Sequence record: MW845759.1
Direction: 5' to 3' (one strand)
DNA length: 64,000 bases
Positions 45,659-55,223 of this stretch are shown here, piece after piece; position 1 is the first letter of the stretch; the number at the start of each line of letters is the position of its first letter. The notes below the pieces were generated by a model. That model made no database searches. It was not told where the DNA came from and saw nothing but the letters and a program-made list of their open reading frames with translations. Position numbers and translations under genes: made by a program.

Positions 45659-46207
45659 ATGGATATCGCAGCGATTATCACCAAGAAAGAACTCTTTATC
45701 CGCAGCGTCCACTGGGCAGCAGGATTACCGCAACCGCTGAATATGGATGTTTGTTATACCCCGTACGGGTTTATTTTCCCGAGCAATAATTTCCAGCCTA
45801 TCATCGACGCAATAAATACAAAACAGGTTGATGCTATGTCGGAGTCGTTATACCGCTGGGTCGTGTTGACTCACGATAACGAACTGCGCTTTGGCCGCAT
45901 CGGTCAAAACTTCTGGACACTGAATACGGTGTCCAAAGACCAACGTTTTTATTGCTTTGCAGATGAGGCCGAGTCGCATTACTTGGCGGCCATGATTCAT
46001 CTGATGTCGAGTAACGTGATTGAAGAAGAGATGCAGTTAAAAGACACTGCCCCTCAACTTATCCGTCGTCTGACAAAACACTGGCCATTGGTTGGTGACT
46101 ACCTGAAATTTAACCGCAGTGAAATCATTGCAGAACTGAACAAACGTTATCCTAATCCTGAAGAGCTTCTTTTCCATTCCCAATTCACACGAGTAATCAA
46201 AGACTAA
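45659..46207 (+). CDS. hypothetical protein, 182 aa
   Basis: GAGG RBS; 2 nt after the HslV-like gene. Confidence 0.75.
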   Translation: MDIAAIITKKELFIRSVHWAAGLPQPLNMDVCYTPYGFIFPSNNFQPIIDAINTKQVDAMSESLYRWVVLTHDNELRFGRIGQNFWTLNTVSKDQRFYCFADEAESHYLAAMIHLMSSNVIEEEMQLKDTAPQLIRRLTKHWPLVGDYLKFNRSEIIAELNKRYPNPEELLFHSQFTRVIKD

Positions 46208-46208
46208 T

Positions 46209-46958
46209 ATGGCTAACAACAAATCGACCCGCAAAAAGAAACCTACCAACGGTAAGAACCGTGCAGCACATCACATGGTTCTGGCTATCAAAGCGGCTTA
46301 CAACAAGCTGTTCTTCATGGGCTCTTCTAATTGCCCGATTACCGCGTTCCGGGCTAACACGCTCCGTGCGCACCTGAAACCTGCCGATGTTGAGCTGGCG
46401 ATTCCTACCCTGCTCGATGAACTGCGCTTCTTCCCCCGTGACTGGAACCTGTGGGTGGGTGTCTTCTGTGAGAAAGACGGTGAGCAGTATGTTGAAACCT
46501 CCGTCAGTAAGATGCCCCAGTTTGTTATTAGCGACTTCTCCGATAACGCTGAGCAGATTGTTCGCGGGGTGATGGATGAAGATCATCTGGAGTACATGGT
46601 TGGGTATGCGTATATGGTTGCGCCAAACGACTACTACGACATGGCGACAATGTCCGATGAGCTGTGTGACAAATGGGTGGAGGCGAAAATCTTTGATAAG
46701 TCCACACACCTGTCGGCAGACCTGCTCAAACTGCGTGAGAATGATATCGCTGCGGCGTTCATGGGTCTACCGGGTTATGTCATGCAGTCCCGTGACCGTA
46801 TCGTACAGAAGACCGTAGAGCGCTTAGAAGCTAAGGGCATCAAAGTCACTAACGACTTCGTTAATTCCCACTTCGACCAGAAAGAGATTGTTGAAGCGTT
46901 AACACCGGGCGGGGTACAACGTAACCCGTTCAATGTTGACGATGGCGAAAAGCTCTAA
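46209..46958 (+). CDS. hypothetical protein, 249 aa, basic N-terminus
   Basis: MANNKSTRKKKPTNGKNR; 1 nt after the upstream stop. Confidence 0.8.
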   Translation: MANNKSTRKKKPTNGKNRAAHHMVLAIKAAYNKLFFMGSSNCPITAFRANTLRAHLKPADVELAIPTLLDELRFFPRDWNLWVGVFCEKDGEQYVETSVSKMPQFVISDFSDNAEQIVRGVMDEDHLEYMVGYAYMVAPNDYYDMATMSDELCDKWVEAKIFDKSTHLSADLLKLRENDIAAAFMGLPGYVMQSRDRIVQKTVERLEAKGIKVTNDFVNSHFDQKEIVEALTPGGVQRNPFNVDDGEKL

Positions 46959-47037
46959 AAATTTACATTTACACCCCTTACTTTGTGTAAGGGGTTATTA
47001 CTGTTTTGCATGCAATAATAAAAATGTAGAGGATACA

Positions 47038-47358
47038 ATGAAAAAGAAACTGCTGCTACTTCTGCCGCTGATTGCGCTGGCAGGGTGCGATACTGCTCCA
47101 ACGAACACGTATCAGGATCAAGCGTTACGTCGCGACATTTTCAAAGAGTGCTTAGCGTCGATTCCAAAAGGTCCGGAAAAGATTGACAACTCGAACGACT
47201 GGCAAGAAGTGGTTGAAGAGTGTGGTGACCAAGCAAAGAGTATGTCTTCTTTTAACGTGGAGATTCCGGGTAACACTGGTGGTCAAACCTATTACTACAA
47301 CCAGAACATTAAAAGCGGCGAAGAAAAGCCACGGGAAAGCTGGAAAGCACAACCATGA
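47038..47358 (+). CDS. lipoprotein 1
   Basis: MKKKLLLLLPLIALAG-C lipobox; GAGG RBS. Confidence 0.85.
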   Translation: MKKKLLLLLPLIALAGCDTAPTNTYQDQALRRDIFKECLASIPKGPEKIDNSNDWQEVVEECGDQAKSMSSFNVEIPGNTGGQTYYYNQNIKSGEEKPRESWKAQP

Positions 47359-47612
47359 AAACAACCTTACTCGCTGTCTCCATCGCAGTAATGACGCTCA
47401 CTGCATGTGACCAGAATAAACCGCAGGCTGTCTATCAGACCGATGAGTCTAAAGAAGAACGGCTGTATCTGGCGTGTCTGGAAGCCGTAAAAGTGAAAGT
47501 AAAGGCAGGTGAAGACAATCTTGAAGATGCTATCACCTCGTGCCGTACTAACGCGAACGTCCTTTCCTCTAAACTGGTCTATACCCATGCGAATGGTAAA
47601 GCTGCTCATTAA
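47355..47612 (+). CDS. lipoprotein 2
   Basis: MKTTLLAVSIAVMTLTA-C lipobox; start overlaps the lipoprotein 1 stop. Confidence 0.85.
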   Translation: MKTTLLAVSIAVMTLTACDQNKPQAVYQTDESKEERLYLACLEAVKVKVKAGEDNLEDAITSCRTNANVLSSKLVYTHANGKAAH

Positions 47613-47700
47613 GGCAGGCGCTTACACTGTCGGCTCTGCTGCCGTGGCTGTAGGGTCCGCATTTTGCGTGTACCTGCTCTCGTATTACGTCATCGTTTAA
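47587..47700 (+). CDS. possible small membrane peptide
   Basis: MRMVKLLIKAGAYTVGSAAVAVGSAFCVYLLSYYVIV; weak RBS. Confidence 0.35.
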   Translation: MRMVKLLIKAGAYTVGSAAVAVGSAFCVYLLSYYVIV

Positions 47701-47746
47701 ACTGTCACCTGCCTACTTCTCGTGGGCGGGTACTTAAGGAAAAAGT

Positions 47747-49801
47747 ATGAAAGGCAAAAACGGCATTATGTCACCTATCGAAATGGTATCCGTTTTCGAT
47801 AAGTCTGTTCGCGGTCAGGAAGAAGCGAAGCGTCAGCTTTCTATTGCGCTCTTTAACCGCCACCGTCGTGCAAAGCTCCCTGCCGACGACCGCAAGTTTG
47901 TTAAGAAGCAGAACATCCTTATCGAAGGACCAACCGGGTCGGGTAAGACTGCGTTAATGCGAGTGCTGCGCGAAGACTTCGGTCTGCCGGTACTGGAAGT
48001 GGATATCACGGAATACAGTGAAGCAGGTTATCACGGCAAGTCTGTCGATGACATGATTAAAGAGCTGCAGGAAATCGATATCCGCGTACCGAAGTGGTTC
48101 AACGAAAAGCCGGAAGTGAAGAAAGGGGATAAACCTAAAGTCACCGACCTGACGCCGGTGGACAACGTAAAGCGCGATGCCGATTCTGCAAAACGCATGT
48201 TAACCACACTGCGTATTTTAGCGGTCGGTTCAGTGGGTGGACGACTTTACGGAATGCATATCTTCCGTGATATGGATGCGGCCTCTCGCTTATATTCAAC
48301 CGTTGAGCAGTACGTTGCCGAGGAAGCGAATTTCTTAATCGAGTTCTTTAACCGTGGGGTTGATATTGTAGAAAACCAATCCATCGGGTTGCAAGACAAA
48401 CACAATGTCTTTGCGAACGATTGTGAATCGGTATTTGCCCCGATCGTCGGCGAAACGGGCACTGTGTCACTAGAGATGTCGAGCGCGTTCAAAGACAAAT
48501 ACGGTTTAGGTGACTATACTGCCCAGCGGCTGTTGGAAGAGCTGAGTGGTTATGACGTGTCCGACTTTGGCGCGCTGTGGGATATCAAAACCACCATCGG
48601 CGAGATTAAAGAATGGCCATCGAATGATATTGCCGCCGAGAAAAGCGGGTTCTATCGTGAACGCTTAAAGGCGACGTTGGTCGGGTATTTCTTCCGTTCG
48701 TTGATTGCAGGTCTGATTAAGACCGGCGACAGCAAGGTAGAAGACCATGCCAGCAAAACCATGGCGATGCAGAGGTACAACGGTAAAGACATGGCGAAAG
48801 AAGTAGCGTCTATGTTTGGTCTGGGTATGGATGCGGGGGCACAGTCGCAGGAGAAGTTAAAGGAGTATCTCCGGGCTGGCATGCCGTGTATGGCGCAGGA
48901 ACGTGTGTTGCAGTTAGGCCGCAGTTTCCGGTCGTGGACTAATCAGCTGGCTAAGCTCAAACGGGTTGATGGATCAAAGGTTATTTTCCCGCCTAAGATG
49001 ACTTCAGCGTGGGAAGAGCTGAAAGACATGTCGTTCGACGAATTCTGGAAGCAGGCTACTGCAGAAATTAGCAAACGTAGCGTTAAACAAATCCGCGAGG
49101 ATGTGCAACACGCCCCGTTAATTTTCGCACCGGTTGGGGATGCACCTGACTTCGGTAGCATGACCTTCCGGCCGGGTCGTCCTGACTTCCCAATGGGCGG
49201 TATGGGTGGGTTGTTCGGTATGATGCGTGGTGGTCCACGTGTGGGTGGTGACAGCAAAGAGTTCCTTGAGAACTTTGCTGTTATCTTCATTGACGAAATC
49301 GACAAACTGATTCAGGAACCGGGTCGTTCAGGCGATGTCTCTCGCATGGGCGTACAACGTGGCCTGCTGAAGTTAGTAGAAGGCGGCGTCTATAACGGCA
49401 TCGACACCTCTAACATTCTGTTTGTGGGTGCTGGTGCGTTCTCGGGCACCTCCCCTGCGAAACTGCTACCTGAACTGGTCGGACGTTTCCCTATCCGAGC
49501 TCGTCTTAAAGCACTGAACAACGACGACTATGTCGCCATCTGTAAACTGGAACGTTCCCCGTTCAACATGTACATCAAAATGTTGGGCACGGACGACGTG
49601 AAGGTTAAGTTCGACGAAGATACTTACGTATACATTGCTCAATTGACTGAGCTTGAGAATCAAGAGTTCAATCTGGGCGCTCGCCGTATCGAAGGCATCA
49701 TCGAGCGTGTTTTTGCACCGGCCATGTTCGAGCCGGAGAAATACTTAGAACACGGGTTCGACATCCGTGGTGAAACACTCCGTAAAACCTTAAGAGGCTA
49801 A
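47747..49801 (+). CDS. hslU: HslU-like Clp/Hsp100 AAA+ ATPase with enlarged I-domain
   Basis: GQEEAK, NILIEGPTGSGKT, GYHG pore loop, IFIDEIDK, VQRGLLKLVEG, ILFVGAGAF, PELVGRFP and GARR motifs. Confidence 0.85.
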   Translation: MKGKNGIMSPIEMVSVFDKSVRGQEEAKRQLSIALFNRHRRAKLPADDRKFVKKQNILIEGPTGSGKTALMRVLREDFGLPVLEVDITEYSEAGYHGKSVDDMIKELQEIDIRVPKWFNEKPEVKKGDKPKVTDLTPVDNVKRDADSAKRMLTTLRILAVGSVGGRLYGMHIFRDMDAASRLYSTVEQYVAEEANFLIEFFNRGVDIVENQSIGLQDKHNVFANDCESVFAPIVGETGTVSLEMSSAFKDKYGLGDYTAQRLLEELSGYDVSDFGALWDIKTTIGEIKEWPSNDIAAEKSGFYRERLKATLVGYFFRSLIAGLIKTGDSKVEDHASKTMAMQRYNGKDMAKEVASMFGLGMDAGAQSQEKLKEYLRAGMPCMAQERVLQLGRSFRSWTNQLAKLKRVDGSKVIFPPKMTSAWEELKDMSFDEFWKQATAEISKRSVKQIREDVQHAPLIFAPVGDAPDFGSMTFRPGRPDFPMGGMGGLFGMMRGGPRVGGDSKEFLENFAVIFIDEIDKLIQEPGRSGDVSRMGVQRGLLKLVEGGVYNGIDTSNILFVGAGAFSGTSPAKLLPELVGRFPIRARLKALNNDDYVAICKLERSPFNMYIKMLGTDDVKVKFDEDTYVYIAQLTELENQEFNLGARRIEGIIERVFAPAMFEPEKYLEHGFDIRGETLRKTLRG

Positions 49802-49806
49802 GCATC

Positions 49807-50847
49807 ATGCAACTTTCTACTGTCGAAGAACTGCAAACCTTTCTGGCGAGTTCTTCTATAAACGAGCGCATGAACTGGGCCAGAGAAACCCTGATCAATA
49901 ATGACGGTTGGTTGACCTTTACGGTTCCCAACCTTATTGATATCGGTGACGACCTTGTAGCGGCGAATTGCCGCTCTTGGGGCAGTAAGCAGAAGCGCAG
50001 CGCGCGCCTCACGTTTACCCGTCATGACAGTTTTCTCTGGAGCGACATCGTTTATAATCGAGCACTCCGTCAGACTTCCGATTCTTACTTTTCCTCGATG
50101 TATCGCAATGCATCCGAGTCTTTCCGTCATGCGACCGACGCCTCCATCATTGAGATTGTGTATGCTATCTCGCGTAAGCTGATGGATGCGAAGGATGAGT
50201 ACAACACAGTGTATGAATTCCGCGATTGTGCGGATAAGTTGTTCGAGCACTTTGAATTGCCTCGCAAACCTGACCAGCGCCGTAGTATTCAGGCAATTCT
50301 TTTATTAGCACGTATGTTCCCCGGCCGTGAAATTAAGGTCGGGGACTTCGAATGGCAGAAACAATTCTCTGAATTACTCCCGGCAGACAGTTCGCCGGCG
50401 AAGTTGTTACGCACGCAAATGGAAGACGGTATTGCATGGCAGCAAACCGGCAGTTCCCACAACGAGGGTGGCTTAAGTCACAGCTACACCACGTTGGGGC
50501 TTTCTGCCGGTAACCGTTCTGAAATTCGCATTGTGTTTGAAAACTGCAACCTTGCTCATGCGGACGCTATGTCGAATATACTTGAATCCGGCGTTGCCAT
50601 CCAACGTGAGCTGTTAGCAGGTATCTCGGACATCCTGAAACGTGAGTGCATCTATTACGGTGTAGATGTGCAAAACGTGCAACGGGACATCCGTTTGTAT
50701 CTGCGTGAAAAAGGCTACAAAATGGACGTGGGGACGTCCCTGTCAATGCATATGCCATTAGCAGGTTCGGTGTTCCCGCAGTCCGTGCAGGTGTTCAAGG
50801 TAGACCTTACCCATGAAAGCCTACACAATCAGCCTGTCGAAGCATAG
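49807..50847 (+). CDS. hypothetical protein, 346 aa
   Basis: Long ORF following hslU. Confidence 0.8.
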   Translation: MQLSTVEELQTFLASSSINERMNWARETLINNDGWLTFTVPNLIDIGDDLVAANCRSWGSKQKRSARLTFTRHDSFLWSDIVYNRALRQTSDSYFSSMYRNASESFRHATDASIIEIVYAISRKLMDAKDEYNTVYEFRDCADKLFEHFELPRKPDQRRSIQAILLLARMFPGREIKVGDFEWQKQFSELLPADSSPAKLLRTQMEDGIAWQQTGSSHNEGGLSHSYTTLGLSAGNRSEIRIVFENCNLAHADAMSNILESGVAIQRELLAGISDILKRECIYYGVDVQNVQRDIRLYLREKGYKMDVGTSLSMHMPLAGSVFPQSVQVFKVDLTHESLHNQPVEA

Positions 50848-51196
50848 AGTCGCCAAGGGGAAAGGAATCCCCTTAGTTGACATCACCGTAAAGTCTGGTA
50901 TCAAGGAATTCGCCCCCGATTGGGATTTCTTGATGGAGTACAAAAAGTCAAATCAGGACGCTGAAGCTCAGGCAGCTTACACCCGAAAATATTACGCCAA
51001 ACTGAATACGGTATGGCAACACAAACCCGAGTTGTTCCTGAAGTTGTTTGAGGAATACGACGAGGTTGCCTTCGCGTGTTACTGTCCTGAGAACGCCTGC
51101 TTCTGTCATCGTTTTCTGTTCGTCGATGGGTTAGAGAAGATGGCAATAAAACTCACGCTCCCATTCGAACGGGGAGGTGAACTAACAAGCAATTAA
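50813..51196 (+). CDS. DUF488-like protein
   Basis: FAPDWDFL...YTRKY...ACYCPENACFCHR pattern resembles DUF488/YeaO (AP...L...CHR). Confidence 0.55.
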   Translation: MKAYTISLSKHRVAKGKGIPLVDITVKSGIKEFAPDWDFLMEYKKSNQDAEAQAAYTRKYYAKLNTVWQHKPELFLKLFEEYDEVAFACYCPENACFCHRFLFVDGLEKMAIKLTLPFERGGELTSN

Positions 51197-51213
51197 ACTG
51201 TGGAGCATTTCTA

Positions 51214-51732
51214 ATGGAATTAAACTTTTACACACCGCGCGAGAAAGCTTACCTGAACGGTCAAATTCAGGCGGGAAAAGCAAACATTAATATTGAGCCC
51301 CTGAAAGAAATTGTGGCTCGTAAGTTTCCTGATGAAAACTGGGACCGTATCTACTTTGTCGCAAAAGCCGTCGGCAATGCGCTGGTTGAGCTTAGCAAGA
51401 TGAACACCTGCCATCGCGAAGGGTGGGAATGGTTTGTACCGAAAACGCCATCCGCAATTCGTATTGACGGGTTCGAGCATCGCATCTACACGGTGGCGCA
51501 CAACAAAGCTGCCAGCGATTTGCTTAAAGTAATATGGGACCGTCCTCGTCGTGAAGTCGTCATGGCGATTGAAGTATTGAAAGAAGCCGGGCACGAGGGG
51601 TTGGTAAGTGTCGACCTCGAAGAAGAAGACGACAAAAGCGAATACCTCACCCTACAGTGGCACGGTACGCACATTCCATCCACTCGTAACATGATCTACT
51701 TGTACAAAGGCAGTCAGGGCCGTCCAAACTAA
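51214..51732 (+). CDS. hypothetical protein, 172 aa
   Basis: GGAG RBS. Confidence 0.75.
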   Translation: MELNFYTPREKAYLNGQIQAGKANINIEPLKEIVARKFPDENWDRIYFVAKAVGNALVELSKMNTCHREGWEWFVPKTPSAIRIDGFEHRIYTVAHNKAASDLLKVIWDRPRREVVMAIEVLKEAGHEGLVSVDLEEEDDKSEYLTLQWHGTHIPSTRNMIYLYKGSQGRPN

Positions 51733-51763
51733 AACGTGGCGGTCACGGCTGACAGGTGACCGT

Positions 51764-51973
51764 ATGTTCTCACGTTTGTTTTGGTTCCTCGTTCCATTAG
51801 TCAATAAGCGTAATGCTGAGCTAATGAAACGTAACAATCAACTGACTGCGCTGCTCAATGCAGAGAAGCTTGCGCACGTCCAAACAAAAGATGATGTAAT
51901 GGGACTCAAAGTGATTATTGCCCGACACGAGGTGGGGATGGCGGATTTGTTAAGGAAGCTCGACCATGTGTGA
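51764..51973 (+). CDS. small hypothetical protein
   Basis: AGGTG RBS; hydrophobic N-terminus and coiled coil. Confidence 0.6.
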   Translation: MFSRLFWFLVPLVNKRNAELMKRNNQLTALLNAEKLAHVQTKDDVMGLKVIIARHEVGMADLLRKLDHV

Positions 51974-52310
51974 CCTGTGCAACTTTTTAGATGACGATGT
52001 GATGAACCGTTTGAAAACGTCGTTAGTCGTGATTCAAATGTTGCCACAGAAAGGTTTCCGTCAGCGTCGGTTGTCTGGCAACATTATGACGCTTGTGGCG
52101 CGTTATAACGCCATCAAAGACACTATGGTAGACAGACTCGAAGATGACTACCAAAAGACGCTGGAGCGGTTTAAGCGCGACCCTACAACACGTAACGAGT
52201 TGTTCTTGCGAGAACTGCAACGTGCCCGGTCGCAAGTTCTGATAAACGTTAACGAGGTGAAGAAACTGCTCACCAGTGCAGAACCGTGGTTATCGGTTAT
52301 GGAGGCGTAA
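51966..52310 (+). CDS. hypothetical protein, 114 aa
   Basis: Overlapping coupling with neighbours. Confidence 0.65.
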   Translation: MCDLCNFLDDDVMNRLKTSLVVIQMLPQKGFRQRRLSGNIMTLVARYNAIKDTMVDRLEDDYQKTLERFKRDPTTRNELFLRELQRARSQVLINVNEVKKLLTSAEPWLSVMEA

Positions 52311-52594
52311 TGGTTGATGGTCGTCAATTGTTAAGTGACGTCATGCACGGGAAGAAAATTGAAGACACGTACGATAATGCTGATGCGTTACTTCAGATGT
52401 TTATTCCCCTGACGTCTGAACATTACGAGATTTTCCCGGCCGGGCAAGAATATATTGTCCGTTCCCGCAACAAAAAATTTGAAGCGGCCCGCTACCCGCG
52501 TACGTTGGGTGGCGTGATTGTGCTGCAAGGGCAGTTCGAAGGGGCGATAGCGAGAATCCTCGTTTATTACGCCACCGGTGGTCAAGGGTTTTAA
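52310..52594 (+). CDS. hypothetical protein
   Basis: GGAGG RBS, TAATG coupling. Confidence 0.65.
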   Translation: MVDGRQLLSDVMHGKKIEDTYDNADALLQMFIPLTSEHYEIFPAGQEYIVRSRNKKFEAARYPRTLGGVIVLQGQFEGAIARILVYYATGGQGF

Positions 52595-52703
52595 TCGTAG
52601 GAGCCTCCGGGCTCCTCGCCCTTTATTTTTTTTGTCTCACTATGTGGGCCTAATCGTATGTATCCACGAGTTACTTTTTAACTTTGTCATAAGGCGCTTC
52701 AAG

Positions 52704-53504
52704 ATGAGGTCAGGCACATTAGAGAATTTAATCTCACTAATTAATTCCGCTAACTCAGCTGAAACACCCATCGCACTTGAAGATGTCGACGTTTCAGTAC
52801 CGTATGCGGTTAACAAAGACGGTTGCAACACCGAGGTGGAAGTCACCATCAAACCGACTTATTTCCCGTTACGAGGGAAGCAGACTTTTCGCTACAATCG
52901 CCTCCCCATTGACACAGTGGTAAAAGGTGATTTGGAGCTGTACATGGACCCGGAGATGCGGAACAGTTACGACATGATTCCGTACCTTAACCAACAGCTC
53001 AATATCGAACTGACTGAAAACGACGTCATTAACGACCCGGTCATCGGACAGCAGCACACTTTCCGTGCCGCCTCCACTTCCTATCAATGGAAAGACTTGG
53101 CGTTGGTGTTGTTAAAGCAAGCGACGCCATTAGATGAGGTTATCCTCACGACAGCGCTTGACGGTTTAAAATACCCTGACACGCAAGACCCGAAAGGACA
53201 AGCGTCAGTTTACTCCTACGGGATTGACTGTTCGCGCATCGCTCCGTTCCTTTGGGTTATGGATGCCGGGGTGGACTTTGACGACACGGCATTAGCCGTT
53301 GAGTTCAATAAAACCGTACCTGAACTTTGGGTCTCTGTACCGGAAGCGGCTCCTTGGAACCTGCGTGACTCGCAATGTGTCTACGAAGGGTTAACCACGG
53401 GACTGCCGGGTAGCAACACTATGTTCAAACGCGTGGTGTCAATCGAACTGGGCCCGCTCTGCAGTAATTTTGCAGGCACCCTTAACTTGCACTACAATCC
53501 GTGA
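52704..53504 (+). CDS. tail/baseplate-associated paralog 1
   Basis: Shared NT..Y.RL module, L.GL.YP linker and C-terminal LNLHYN. Confidence 0.75.
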   Translation: MRSGTLENLISLINSANSAETPIALEDVDVSVPYAVNKDGCNTEVEVTIKPTYFPLRGKQTFRYNRLPIDTVVKGDLELYMDPEMRNSYDMIPYLNQQLNIELTENDVINDPVIGQQHTFRAASTSYQWKDLALVLLKQATPLDEVILTTALDGLKYPDTQDPKGQASVYSYGIDCSRIAPFLWVMDAGVDFDDTALAVEFNKTVPELWVSVPEAAPWNLRDSQCVYEGLTTGLPGSNTMFKRVVSIELGPLCSNFAGTLNLHYNP

Positions 53505-53513
53505 GGTTAAAGG

Positions 53514-54356
53514 ATGGCTAAGTACACTAAAACCTCCAACGAGATGTTGCTCGATGCGATTAACATCGAAAACAACTTGCAGAATGACCCGCTGACGTGG
53601 AATCAGATTGCAGCCGGCTTTCCAGAGAAGGTAACGACTCCGGGTGCCGACCGTAACACTCGTTTGCTTATTTACGGACTGAAACAAGGCGGCTATAAAG
53701 GTACGGTAACGTTACAGTACGACCGTATCTCGCTGCCGGCTATTTTCCGTAATGTAACCCCGGTGGTAGTGACCAACCCTGTGCAGCTGCTGAGCCAACT
53801 GCTACCGCAACTCAACAAAGCGTATGGGCTGTCGTTGGACAAAGACGATATCCTTGAGCAATCGGTTGCGGACTTGGGGGAAGACTTCCTGATTAACGTC
53901 CAGCTGCGTCCTGGCTGTTTGGCGTGGGAAGGCGATTTTGAGTTACGCTTTACCAAGTACCGTCCGAAACTGAAAGACATGATAGCCGATGCTGTGCTGG
54001 ATGTCATCGTAGCACCGTTCCCTATTGGAACGAAGCCCCGTGCTGAGTATGTGACCTATGGGTACGACTACTCCACGATGGGAGAAACGTTTAAAACGTG
54101 GGCCATCAATCGGACATTAACGCAGGACGATATCGACGAACTGAACGAAACCGTGCAGGGGCTGAAGCTGGTGAATAAAACCGGTGCCAATGCCTCCACT
54201 GGTGAGATTGCGTTATCGGGGGCGAAAGTCACCTCGATTAACAACGTCACTGACGGCAGTTTGTTTAACGTGCTGTACGAAAAGGCAATCGTGATTACGC
54301 TGGCGACCACCAGTAACTACGAGGGTCAGCTTATCCTTCACTACTCTGCGCTTTAA
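53514..54356 (+). CDS. tail/baseplate-associated paralog 2
   Basis: RNTRL..G..Y.R..L; LNKAYGL; LILHYS. Confidence 0.75.
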   Translation: MAKYTKTSNEMLLDAINIENNLQNDPLTWNQIAAGFPEKVTTPGADRNTRLLIYGLKQGGYKGTVTLQYDRISLPAIFRNVTPVVVTNPVQLLSQLLPQLNKAYGLSLDKDDILEQSVADLGEDFLINVQLRPGCLAWEGDFELRFTKYRPKLKDMIADAVLDVIVAPFPIGTKPRAEYVTYGYDYSTMGETFKTWAINRTLTQDDIDELNETVQGLKLVNKTGANASTGEIALSGAKVTSINNVTDGSLFNVLYEKAIVITLATTSNYEGQLILHYSAL

Positions 54357-54364
54357 GGACTGCT

Positions 54365-55210
54365 ATGCCTATCTTAAAACGTCCTGAGCAGTTAATTGTC
54401 GATCGTATTAACCTTGAGAATAAGACCGACCTGAAGCTTACCGACGTGACCTTGTTTACGCCGCGTGTGCCGACAACTGCTGAAGAGATTCAAAACGCTC
54501 AAGGTCGTAACTCGTTCGTGCGTATTGCCGCGACTCCGCTGGCCAACGCGACGGGTGCGACATTCGTTTACTATAACCGTCTCGATTTCACGGCGATGTT
54601 TACCGACGAGACGGGAATTCAACCGTTGGTCGTGCCGGTCGATTTCGATACCGTGTTTACCGCATGGGATGTCGTGCCGTTCATTAACCAGTATTACGGG
54701 CTGATGCTCGAACCGAAAGACGTGCTGGAAGAAACCATTAACCGTGGTGACTGGACGGTGCAGCTGAAAGCCCACCCTGACTCCCTCGGTTGGGTGGGTG
54801 AAGTACCGGTACAACTGGTACGCGGTGATGCGTTGGTGCCAACGAACTTCACGGATGTGAAGATTGCGCCGTATGCGTATCCGTACTTCAACACGAAAGT
54901 CGGGCAGGGTGCTATTTATTCCTACCCGTGGCGCTTCGATAATTTTGCGGCGGAGCTGCAGGGCATGGGAACCACCACCAATGAAACGCGGTTAGCGCAG
55001 ATTCTCAAGTCTGTGACTGCGGATAACTGGATGGTGTACCGTAGTCCGGTGGACTTCAACCTCAAAGAAGCCACGGTGGTATATAACGGCAAGAACAGCC
55101 GTGACCTCCCCACTAACCCCTCGGTTGACAACGTGATGGTTATCGAGTTGTCGCTGTATTGTCTCAACTTTGGCGGGCGCTTGTACCTGCATTACAATGA
55201 CCCTGAATAA
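54365..55210 (+). CDS. tail/baseplate-associated paralog 3
   Basis: RNSFV..YYNRLDF; INQYYGL; LYLHYN. Confidence 0.75.
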   Translation: MPILKRPEQLIVDRINLENKTDLKLTDVTLFTPRVPTTAEEIQNAQGRNSFVRIAATPLANATGATFVYYNRLDFTAMFTDETGIQPLVVPVDFDTVFTAWDVVPFINQYYGLMLEPKDVLEETINRGDWTVQLKAHPDSLGWVGEVPVQLVRGDALVPTNFTDVKIAPYAYPYFNTKVGQGAIYSYPWRFDNFAAELQGMGTTTNETRLAQILKSVTADNWMVYRSPVDFNLKEATVVYNGKNSRDLPTNPSVDNVMVIELSLYCLNFGGRLYLHYNDPE

Positions 55211-55223
55211 GGAATAACGTTAA

